The position numbers and the translations under genes were made by a program. Below are positions 45,588 to 54,027 of a stretch of DNA of 64,000 nucleotides, piece after piece. The stretch is from an uncultured Candidatus Saccharibacteria bacterium. GTDB lineage: Bacteria; Patescibacteriota; Minisyncoccia; Phycocordibacterales; UBA9973. The notes beneath the pieces are model-generated. The model ran no database searches, was not told the origin of the DNA, and saw only the letters and a program-made list of their open reading frames with translations. Every line of letters begins with the position of its first letter. Position 1 is the stretch's first letter. The stretch spans positions 7,199 through 71,198 of the forward strand of contig CAZCXF010000004.1 in assembly GCA_964502615.1 (NCBI GenBank), given 5' to 3'.

Positions 45588-46364
45588 TTAAAATTGGTTC
45601 AATCGTAAATCACCCTGATAAAATAAGCGTACATCTGGAATATTCCAACGTATCATAGCAATACGATCAAGTCCTCCGCCGAACGCAAACCCTTGAACTT
45701 TTTCTGGATCAAGTCCAGCATTACGAAGAACATTTGGATGAATCATTCCTCCACCCATCATCTCAAGCCATTTGCCGTTGAATTTGGCGTGTACTTCTAC
45801 AGATGGTTCTGTGAACGGGAAGAAACTTGGACGAAATTCAATCTCAATATCCTCCCCCAATGCTTTTTTATAAAACTCTACTAGTACTGCTTTCATATGA
45901 GAGAGATTTACATTCTCACCGATCATACATCCATCAATCTGAAAAAATTGCATTTCGTGAGTGATATCTGTCGCTTCATTTCGAAAAACTTTTCCGATTG
46001 ATATTGATGCAATTTCTTTGATTCCTTCTTTTGCTGCACGTTCGAGAGTTCGCGCGGTAACATTTGTCGCATGCGTCCTCATAACATAGCTAGCGGATAC
46101 TTTTTCTGAGTCAGCGTCGGAGCCCCCGGAGAGAGGGTAAAGATGCGAAGAAAAAGTATCCGCTAGTTTTGTTTTTATATAAAAAGTATCCTGCATATCA
46201 CGAGCAGGGTGATCTTTAGGTACATTGAGTGCGTCGAAATTATACCAAGTCGTTTCAAGTTCGGGGCCTTGTGCTATTTCAAAACCAAGTTTTCCAAACA
46301 CTTCGTATGCTTCATTTTGTAGAATTGTTAGTGGGTGTAAGCTCCCTTTCTGGAATTCTCGCAT
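45588..46364 (-). CDS. pheS: Phenylalanyl-tRNA synthetase alpha subunit, catalytic core only (258 aa, no N-terminal helical arm)
   Basis: 'KDHPARDMQDTFYI', 'MRTHATNV' and class II motifs 2/3 'FRPSFFPFTEPS' / 'GFAFGGGLDRIAM'. Confidence 0.85.
   Translation of the reverse strand: MREFQKGSLHPLTILQNEAYEVFGKLGFEIAQGPELETTWYNFDALNVPKDHPARDMQDTFYIKTKLADTFSSHLYPLSGGSDADSEKVSASYVMRTHATNVTARTLERAAKEGIKEIASISIGKVFRNEATDITHEMQFFQIDGCMIGENVNLSHMKAVLVEFYKKALGEDIEIEFRPSFFPFTEPSVEVHAKFNGKWLEMMGGGMIHPNVLRNAGLDPEKVQGFAFGGGLDRIAMIRWNIPDVRLFYQGDLRLNQF
46091..46165 (-). mobile_element. Copy B of the same palindromic repeat (75 bp = 25 codons, perfect 15-bp terminal inverted repeats TAGCGGATACTTTTT / AAAAAGTATCCGCTA) inserted in-frame in pheS
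   Basis: Shares the 63-bp core with copy A at 60/63 identity. Same orientation and reading frame. Encodes 'PLSGGSDADSEKV' between the conserved DTFY and RTH motifs of PheS. Confidence 0.55.
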
Positions 46365-46405
46365 AAATAGAATATAGCATTTTTAAGCTTTTTTTCAAAA
46401 AATGA

Positions 46406-46633
46406 CTATTCCTCCCGTAAGTAAAGAATATATTCCTCACCTTCTTTTTTAAGACCAAGATTTGTATGATGTTCATCCTCAAAGTGTGCGTGAGTTCCTG
46501 TACGTGCAACTTGAAAAAAAGTTTCAGCTTCATCTCGAGATAAAACAGATTCTAAATAGTAAACTGCGTGACGAAGTCTTTCGTGACTGTCATCATAAGA
46601 AACATTATGATCGTGTATTGTTGTATGTGCCAT
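46406..46633 (-). CDS. Small His/Glu-rich hypothetical protein (75 aa)
   Basis: Intergenic ORF between pheS and the helicase gene with no overlapping gene. No SD, which is common in this window. No homology recognised. Confidence 0.25.
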   Translation of the reverse strand: MAHTTIHDHNVSYDDSHERLRHAVYYLESVLSRDEAETFFQVARTGTHAHFEDEHHTNLGLKKEGEEYILYLREE

Positions 46634-46656
46634 AATAAAACTAACTTAATTAATAA

Positions 46657-49600
46657 TTATTTGATCATCTCTCGCAGATGACAAAATTCGCAATCTTTTT
46701 CTTCACACTTTTTATTCCAGAAAGAAAGTGACAAAATCTCATCAGTAACTTTTACAATCAATTCTTCTAGATCTTTAACTTCACTGTCAGAAATTTCAAA
46801 AACTTCTTTGTGGTATTTACCATTTTCACTTGGTTCAATAAAATCAATAATTCCTGATTGCATATTGTATTTACCGTCATTCCAATATTTTAAAAGTAGT
46901 TTATAAAAAACAAGCTGCCTATAATAATCACCATTTGCATTCTTTGTCTCACCCATAAGTTCGTTGCGAGTTTTGGGTTTACCAGTCTTATAATCAACAA
47001 CATTCACAATATCTCCATCTATGAACTCAAGTTTATCCAATACCCCAGTTAGCCTTATATTATCGCGTAAAATAACGCCATTTATACGAAATTCAGATAT
47101 AGTATTTACCTCAAAATTCCCATTATAGGTATCGTACCAACCAGAAAGTGCCTTTTTACCTTTCTCTAAAACTTCTTCATATTCACTTTCCCCTATTGGC
47201 TGATTAGACAGGGCATATTTAAATGAATCGATTAAGAAATCTTTACCTACATCTTCTTCTTTTAAGGAATCGAAGAATTTTTGAAGTGCAGCGTGAACTG
47301 CTGTACCATAAGATAAATATTTTTCTGGAGCTTGTGGAATTCTAACTAAATTTCTATAAAAATATTTCCAGGGACACGTTAGATAATTATTGAGTGCAGA
47401 TACTGATAAACCATTTTTAATAAATAAGTCATTAACAAAATCTTTATCTCCTTGGTTGGAACTTTCGGATTTTACTTCTTTTAACAATATTTCTTTATTA
47501 GATTTTGCTTCATCTTCGTATTTTTCAGTGTTCAACTCTTCTATTAAATTTTTATCCATTTCAAGAATAAAAGGGCTTGGTAGTTGATCACGACCATCAA
47601 AAGATGTCTTAGAATAAGTCATGCAAACCCAATATTTAGCACGAGTAAGTGCTACATAAAGAAGTCTCCTGTCGTCAGAATCTCCATCACCTAAAACATC
47701 TGGTATAGTATTGCCAATATTATCTTTTTTTATAGATAAATCATAAACACTATCAAGTAGTGGCAGTCTATCAATTTCTCTGCGTCCTCCAAAATGGCCG
47801 GCGTAGCAATTCACAATATATACATATCCAAATTCGAGACCTTTTGACCTGTGAACTGTCATCATTCTAACTTTTCCAGTTGGAATCCTAGCTCTGCGTT
47901 TCTTTATAAACAAATTGTGTTTATTTACTGTATCTAGGTAGGCAAAGAAATCATCGAGTGTTGCCTTGCTATTTGATTCAACAATAAGTTTTATCTCATC
48001 TATTAAAGTATTCACAACATCAAGTCGATCTTCTTGATTGTTGCTTGATAAGATATCTTCGAGCATTCCTGTATCGCGCAAAACTTCTGGAATAAAAGAC
48101 ATTAAATCTGTATTGTGACTTCTGCTTACTAGATTAGAGAACATCGTTGAGAAATTTAAAAACTTATCAACATCAACAACTCCGGCATCGACAAGGAGTT
48201 TCTTGTCAGAAATTATCTCCCACAATCCAATTCTTTTTTCGCTTCCATGATTCTTTAAATTATCTGCCTTACGAATAACTCTATATACATCAAGTGGAGA
48301 AAATCTAAACAAGTCTTGGTGTAATACATATGATAGTGAGACACCGTATTCATGTTCACGTAAAGCTCTTAATATTAAAAGTATTTTTTTGATATCAGGT
48401 TCTCCAAATAAATCGAGGTCCGATTCAATAACATATGGTACGCCTAGAGCATTTGCTACATCTGCAAAAACCTTGGCATCGCTATTATTACGATATAAAA
48501 TTGCAATTTCGCTTGGTTCTACGCCCTCCTCTATTTTTTTATTTATATCTGAAACAACAAAGAAGGTTTCAGCCCAAGTAGTTTCAAATGGATATAAATG
48601 TACTAATGAAGCGTTTTTATCTTTTTTAAACTGCGACATTAAAGATATATCGCCAGATGAGAGTAAACTACCAGAAGCATCTAGAATATTCTGCGTTGAG
48701 CGATAGTTATCAGTAAGTGTTATTAATTTAGCACTAGGATAGAGGGTCTTGAAGTAGTAAAAATTCTCAAGTGAAGCTCCTTGAAACCGAAAAATAGCTT
48801 GCTTATCATCCCCCACTATAAAAAGGTTGGGGTTCGGTGCGTGATATGAAGCAAGCAACTCTAGTATTTTATTTTGAGCATTGTTGGTATCTTGATGTTC
48901 ATCTACTAAGAAATATTGGTATTTTTCTTGCAATATTAGAAGTAATGATTCATCAGACTTGAGTGCTTTTAAAACCTCCATGATCATATCAGAGTAATCA
49001 TATATCTTGTTTGATGATAGATCTTCTTGATATGTTTTGTATATTAAAGAAAGCTCTTTATTCTTTTTTATTTTTTTCTCAATCTTTTGATATTCCCCTT
49101 TCATCTTTCCTGCATGAGGTCCTTTAGTATGAAATTTATCTGGCAAAATATCGAAGGCATCCTCTTCTCTTTTTACTAAATCAATAAATAAATCTTCATC
49201 TATACCTTCGCGTTTGAGCTCATTGATTGATGCTAAAATATCACGAACATAATAATATCTATCTCCAAATGGTGAGAGTACTTCAATAGAATGGTCTTTG
49301 GTTTTTTTATCAATAATCTTTTCAATTAATGATATTTGATCAACTTCAGTGGAAGGTTTCGAGCCAACAATTTTTGGGAAATGTTCCGGATTTTCACTAA
49401 TAATACTCTGGCAAAATGAGTGGAAAGTAGTTATAACAACTTGATAAGCTCGAGTTCCTATTAAGTCCGAGAGTCGTTTACGCATAGCGCTAACACCTGC
49501 ATCAGTAAAAGTAATAGCTAAAATATTTGAAGGGTCCGTATCTGTTTTTTTTAGTATATTACCTATTCTAAGTGTCAAAACTTGAGTCTTACCAGTACCA

Positions 49601-49707
49601 GGACCAGCAACCACCATAACAGGTCCTTCTATCGTGTTTACAGCCTCAAGTTGAGCTTTATTAAGCTTTTTATAGGACTCTTCGAAGGTAATATTGCTCA
49701 TATACAC
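46657..49707 (-). CDS. UvrD/PcrA-family helicase fused to a C-terminal RecB/Cas4-like PD-(D/E)xK nuclease domain with a Cys cluster (AddA/AdnB-like helicase-nuclease)
   Basis: Walker A 'VVAGPGTGKTQVL'. UvrD motifs. C-terminal 'DYKTGKPK…YYRQLVFYKLLL' plus Cys residues (CPWKYF … CEEKDCEFCH). Confidence 0.8.
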   Translation of the reverse strand: MYMSNITFEESYKKLNKAQLEAVNTIEGPVMVVAGPGTGKTQVLTLRIGNILKKTDTDPSNILAITFTDAGVSAMRKRLSDLIGTRAYQVVITTFHSFCQSIISENPEHFPKIVGSKPSTEVDQISLIEKIIDKKTKDHSIEVLSPFGDRYYYVRDILASINELKREGIDEDLFIDLVKREEDAFDILPDKFHTKGPHAGKMKGEYQKIEKKIKKNKELSLIYKTYQEDLSSNKIYDYSDMIMEVLKALKSDESLLLILQEKYQYFLVDEHQDTNNAQNKILELLASYHAPNPNLFIVGDDKQAIFRFQGASLENFYYFKTLYPSAKLITLTDNYRSTQNILDASGSLLSSGDISLMSQFKKDKNASLVHLYPFETTWAETFFVVSDINKKIEEGVEPSEIAILYRNNSDAKVFADVANALGVPYVIESDLDLFGEPDIKKILLILRALREHEYGVSLSYVLHQDLFRFSPLDVYRVIRKADNLKNHGSEKRIGLWEIISDKKLLVDAGVVDVDKFLNFSTMFSNLVSRSHNTDLMSFIPEVLRDTGMLEDILSSNNQEDRLDVVNTLIDEIKLIVESNSKATLDDFFAYLDTVNKHNLFIKKRRARIPTGKVRMMTVHRSKGLEFGYVYIVNCYAGHFGGRREIDRLPLLDSVYDLSIKKDNIGNTIPDVLGDGDSDDRRLLYVALTRAKYWVCMTYSKTSFDGRDQLPSPFILEMDKNLIEELNTEKYEDEAKSNKEILLKEVKSESSNQGDKDFVNDLFIKNGLSVSALNNYLTCPWKYFYRNLVRIPQAPEKYLSYGTAVHAALQKFFDSLKEEDVGKDFLIDSFKYALSNQPIGESEYEEVLEKGKKALSGWYDTYNGNFEVNTISEFRINGVILRDNIRLTGVLDKLEFIDGDIVNVVDYKTGKPKTRNELMGETKNANGDYYRQLVFYKLLLKYWNDGKYNMQSGIIDFIEPSENGKYHKEVFEISDSEVKDLEELIVKVTDEILSLSFWNKKCEEKDCEFCHLREMIK

Positions 49708-49739
49708 ACATTATACTCCGACTATAGGTAAAACGAAAA

Positions 49740-51497
49740 ATGCGATATAATCGGTTAATGCAAATACTATATTCATACCTCAAAAAGTACTGGAAGATCC
49801 TTCTTTTGGCCCTTTTCTTAGCCACTATAAACCAAGTTTTTTCACTACTTGATCCACTTATCTTTCGTCATGTTATTGATGGATATGCCACCAAATACGA
49901 TCAATATACATTTTCGCAATTTATAAAAGGTGTTAGTATATTGCTCGGCGCTGCGGTTGGAGTTGCTTTTGTATCAAGGGTTGCTAAAAATTTCCAAGAT
50001 TTTTATGTAAATACTGTAACTCAGCGTATTGGAGCAGAAATGTATGCTGATGGAATAAAACATTCACTAGAACTTCCCTACCAACAATTTGAAGATGAAC
50101 GCAGTGGTGAAACTCTGGGTAAAATCCAAAAAGCACGTACTGATACAGAGAGATTAATTAGTTCATTAATTAATGTTGTATTTATAACCATAGTTGGTTT
50201 TGTGTTTGTCATGATATATGCCACAAAAGTTTACTGGCCAATAGCTCCTCTTTATTTGTTTACTATTCCTGTGATTGGAGGTGTGAGTCTAGCTCTTTCT
50301 AAAAGAATCAAGAAAGTTCAAGAGAAAATCTTTGCAGAGACAGCAGCTTTAGCTGGTGCAACAACCGAATCCCTTCGTAATATTGAACTTGTTAAAAGTC
50401 TTGGGCTATCAGAACAGGAAATAAACCGACTCAATAATACTACTGAGAAAATACTGATACTTGAATTAAAGAAAGTAAAATATATACGGAGTTTAGCTTT
50501 TGTTCAAGGTACTATTGTAAACTTTGTACGCACAACCATACTATTTATAATGTTATATTTGATATTTTCACAAAAGATTACATTTGGTGAATTCTTCTCT
50601 CTTTGGATTTACTCTTTCTTCTTATTTCAACCACTGCAAGAATTAGGAAATATAATCAGTACTTATAGAGAAAGCCAGGCTTCACTTTCAAACTTCAAAA
50701 ATATTATTGAAACTCCAATTGAACAAAAACCAAAAAACCCTGAAAATATTTCAACTATTGAATCTTTGGTTTTTGATGATATAGCATTTAAACATAAATC
50801 AGCAACTAGTGAAGCCCTTGGTGGAGTATCATTTGAAGCACAAAGAGGAGAAACTATTGCCTTTGTAGGACCATCTGGATCAGGCAAAACTACTCTAGTA
50901 AAACTATTAGTTGGACTATACCAACCACTACGAGGAGACATAAAATACAATAATATTTCATATAATAAAATAAATATCGATACCGTACGCTCTCAGATTG
51001 GCTTTGTAACCCAAGACACTCAACTTTTCGCAGGTACTATTCGTGAGAATTTACTTTTCGTAAACCCAAATGCTACAGATGCTATGTGTATGGAAGCACT
51101 TGAGAAAGCTGCGTGCCAGACATTGCTTTCTCGAGCGGAAAAAGGTCTTGATACAGTTATTGGTGAAGGTGGAGTAAAAGTATCTGGTGGTGAAAAACAA
51201 CGCTTATCAATAGCTCGTGCATTACTACGCAAGCCAAAATTACTAGTATTCGATGAAGCAACATCTTCTCTTGATTCTATAACCGAAGAAGAAATTTCAA
51301 AAACTGTGCAATCAATAAGTGAAGCAAAAGAACATATAACTGTTCTTATTGCGCATCGTCTTTCAACTATTATGCATGCAGATCGTATTTATGTACTTGA
51401 AAAAGGCAAAATAATTGAATCTGGTTCACATAAAAATCTCATAGACCAAAAAGGATTATATGCGGCTATGTGGCGTCAACAGATTGGAGAAAAATAG
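49740..51497 (+). CDS. ABC exporter, fused permease and ATPase (MsbA/Type I exporter family)
   Basis: 6-TM domain. 'GPSGSGKTT', 'LSGGEKQRLSIARALL', 'LVFDEATSSLD'. Confidence 0.85.
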   Translation: MRYNRLMQILYSYLKKYWKILLLALFLATINQVFSLLDPLIFRHVIDGYATKYDQYTFSQFIKGVSILLGAAVGVAFVSRVAKNFQDFYVNTVTQRIGAEMYADGIKHSLELPYQQFEDERSGETLGKIQKARTDTERLISSLINVVFITIVGFVFVMIYATKVYWPIAPLYLFTIPVIGGVSLALSKRIKKVQEKIFAETAALAGATTESLRNIELVKSLGLSEQEINRLNNTTEKILILELKKVKYIRSLAFVQGTIVNFVRTTILFIMLYLIFSQKITFGEFFSLWIYSFFLFQPLQELGNIISTYRESQASLSNFKNIIETPIEQKPKNPENISTIESLVFDDIAFKHKSATSEALGGVSFEAQRGETIAFVGPSGSGKTTLVKLLVGLYQPLRGDIKYNNISYNKINIDTVRSQIGFVTQDTQLFAGTIRENLLFVNPNATDAMCMEALEKAACQTLLSRAEKGLDTVIGEGGVKVSGGEKQRLSIARALLRKPKLLVFDEATSSLDSITEEEISKTVQSISEAKEHITVLIAHRLSTIMHADRIYVLEKGKIIESGSHKNLIDQKGLYAAMWRQQIGEK

Positions 51498-51499
51498 AC

Positions 51500-52249
51500 T
51501 TAAATTATACTCTCAAAAAAGTTTTTTAGTTTTATATGATTTTCACTTGAAGTAAATAATTCTGGTTTTTTAGAGCTATCACTTGGAGTAATATTATTTT
51601 CTTCAACTAATTGTTTCGCTCGCCTAACAACTGCTGGCGCAGGATCAACAATATGAACCTTGTCTTCTACAATTTTTTTAATACGATTTATAAGAAATGC
51701 ATAGTGAGTGCATCCAAGAACTAATTGATCAATATTTTTTTCAAGTAACGGCTCTAAATATGTTCGCAAGAGAACTTCCGCTTGGTCAGTATCAGCTTCC
51801 CCACCTTCAACAAGCTCAACTAATCCATATCCTATAACAGTATGAACTTCTACATTAGATGCAAATTTTTCAATACTATCTTGGAGCTTCTGTCCCTCTG
51901 CTGTTACTTTTGTCGCAAGTACTCCTATGTGACCCGTTTTTGAACTCTCACTTGCAGGTTTGACTGCAGGCTCAATTCCCACAAATGGTATAGGATATTT
52001 TTCTCTAAGTTCACTTATTGCAGCTGAAGTAGCAGTATTACAAGCTACTACTATTAGCTTGCAGTCTTTTGATAGTAGAAAATCGGTAATAGCAAATGAA
52101 AACTGTTTTATCTCATCTGGAGTATGAGATCCATATGGCAAGTTTGCTTGATCGGCAAAATATATAAAATTATATCCTGGGAGTTCACGTTCCAAGTATT
52201 TTAGTATCCACAAGCCTCCAAGCCCTGAATCAAATACGCCAATATTCAT
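51500..52249 (-). CDS. murI: Glutamate racemase
   Basis: 'IGVFDSGLGGLWIL', 'VVACNTATSAAI', 'GCTHYAFL'. Confidence 0.85.
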   Translation of the reverse strand: MNIGVFDSGLGGLWILKYLERELPGYNFIYFADQANLPYGSHTPDEIKQFSFAITDFLLSKDCKLIVVACNTATSAAISELREKYPIPFVGIEPAVKPASESSKTGHIGVLATKVTAEGQKLQDSIEKFASNVEVHTVIGYGLVELVEGGEADTDQAEVLLRTYLEPLLEKNIDQLVLGCTHYAFLINRIKKIVEDKVHIVDPAPAVVRRAKQLVEENNITPSDSSKKPELFTSSENHIKLKNFFESII

Positions 52250-52253
52250 ATGA

Positions 52254-52937
52254 CTATTTTACCACAATAAGGTCTTTTGGTGATTTTGTGAGTGAAACAC
52301 AGCCCTTTTTAGTTATGAGGCATGTATCTTCGATACGGATGCCTAATTTGTTTTTAATATAAATCCCCGGTTCGATAGTTATAATCATATTCTCTTTTAA
52401 AATAGGTTTTGTGAGTTTGTAGTATAGTTTTGGTTCTTCATGTATTTTGGTACCTACTCCATGGCCAAGCATATGTATAAAATATTTCTTGTATTTACCA
52501 AGTGAATTACGAACAACTTCATCAACATCTGCACAATTCACATCTTTAGCTGCTATATTAATACCCAATTCTTCTGATTGTAAAAGTAATTTATATATAT
52601 CTTTATCTTCTTTAGTTGGAACACCTGCATAAATAGTCCGTGTCATATCTGACATATATTTTTCATATATCACCCCAAAATCAATAATGACAAAACCAGA
52701 CATTTTATTGTCTGTAGATTTTGGATGGATTTCATTTCCTGCTCGTTTACCTGAAGTGACAATCGGAGGAAAACTTGATTTAAGTCCTCTTTTTTTAATT
52801 TCATCGACTATAAAATCCCGAAGTTCAATCTCTGTTTTAAAATTAAAATTCTTAATGATGTTCGAAAAAATAGCATCCGTTATCTGACATGCTTTTTTAA
52901 TTTTTATGATTTCATCTTTTCTCTTTACTTGTGCCAT
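52254..52937 (-). CDS. M24-family metallopeptidase (pita-bread fold; Xaa-Pro / methionine aminopeptidase-like), compact at 227 aa
   Basis: 'DFGVIYEKYMSDMTRT', 'HMLGHGVGTKIHEEP', 'ITIEPGIY…IRIEDT' metal ligand motifs. Confidence 0.7.
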   Translation of the reverse strand: MAQVKRKDEIIKIKKACQITDAIFSNIIKNFNFKTEIELRDFIVDEIKKRGLKSSFPPIVTSGKRAGNEIHPKSTDNKMSGFVIIDFGVIYEKYMSDMTRTIYAGVPTKEDKDIYKLLLQSEELGINIAAKDVNCADVDEVVRNSLGKYKKYFIHMLGHGVGTKIHEEPKLYYKLTKPILKENMIITIEPGIYIKNKLGIRIEDTCLITKKGCVSLTKSPKDLIVVK

Positions 52938-52938
52938 C

Positions 52939-53367
52939 TTATTCTTTCTTTTCTAGATCTAATGCACAGGAATTTAGACAAAAATGTTTACCAGTTTTTG
53001 CCTCCATATCATCAAATATATGTCCGAGGTGTGATTTGCATTTGGCACAGACAACCTCTGTCCGATACATTCCGTAGCTTGTATCTTCTCTATACTCAAC
53101 AGAATCTGGTATTGCTTGATCAAAACTTGGCCAACCTTCTAGCCATGGATGTGTCGTATCGTATTTTGCATCAGATAGAAATAATGGATTTCCACAGACT
53201 TTGCAATTATAGGTTCCTTTGGCTTTTTCATTATGATATTTACCAGAAAATGGAACTTCAGTACCTTTTTCTTGAGTAACGTGATACTCTTCTGGTGTTA
53301 ATTTTTTCTTTAATTCTTCTGTATCCATATATTTAGTATAGATTATTTTTGTAAATATGCGAGCCAA
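52939..53367 (-). CDS. msrB: Peptide-methionine (R)-S-oxide reductase MsrB (zinc-binding form)
   Basis: 'RTEVVCAKCKSHLGHIFDD' catalytic signature plus a second CxxC 'CKVCGNPLF'. Confidence 0.85.
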   Translation of the reverse strand: MARIFTKIIYTKYMDTEELKKKLTPEEYHVTQEKGTEVPFSGKYHNEKAKGTYNCKVCGNPLFLSDAKYDTTHPWLEGWPSFDQAIPDSVEYREDTSYGMYRTEVVCAKCKSHLGHIFDDMEAKTGKHFCLNSCALDLEKKE

Positions 53368-54026
53368 TAATCACGCTTATAAATACGATTATTAAATGTA
53401 GCGTAGTTGGTTTTCTTATCTAACTTCAGGATCTTAAAAAACTTTCCATACATTTTTATAAAATCATCGCGACTGAATACTCTTTCAGTTAAACCAATTT
53501 CTTTTATAATATAGGTGTCATATTCTTTACCTGGATTATCTTTTAAAAGATTTTTAACATTTTTATTTCCATCCTTACAGAGTGCCCTTACAAACATATA
53601 ACCACTATTTTTTAATACTCTATGCGACTCCTTCAAATAAGTTTCTCTTCCTTTTTCGTCTAATGAATTTGAAGATGTGACATCAATAATAATATCAACA
53701 GACTCATCTTTTATTTCATATGGCTCACCAATATCTCCGAGGCGATAATCAACATTGAGTCCCGAGCTTTGTGCTCGTTCTTTTGCAACATTAAGAGCAG
53801 TTTTTGAAATTTCAATTCCTATTACAATATTTCTTTTTTCTGCTAGATAATTTGAATTACGACCAGTACCACAACCCAAATCAAGAATGGTTTTATTTTC
53901 AACGCTATACTTTTGATCTTTTTTTAAGAATTTAAAAAAACGCAATGTATCAGCATTAGGTCCGTCATTCTTCGTGACTAATTTTGGATTTCTATATTCT
54001 CTATCCCAAACACTTCCTTGGTGCAT
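53343..54026 (-). CDS. Class I SAM-dependent methyltransferase
   Basis: Motif I 'ILDLGCGTGRNSNYLA'. Post-I acidic residue 'IGIEIS'. Confidence 0.7.
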   Translation of the reverse strand: MHQGSVWDREYRNPKLVTKNDGPNADTLRFFKFLKKDQKYSVENKTILDLGCGTGRNSNYLAEKRNIVIGIEISKTALNVAKERAQSSGLNVDYRLGDIGEPYEIKDESVDIIIDVTSSNSLDEKGRETYLKESHRVLKNSGYMFVRALCKDGNKNVKNLLKDNPGKEYDTYIIKEIGLTERVFSRDDFIKMYGKFFKILKLDKKTNYATFNNRIYKRDYWLAYLQK

Positions 54027-54027
54027 A

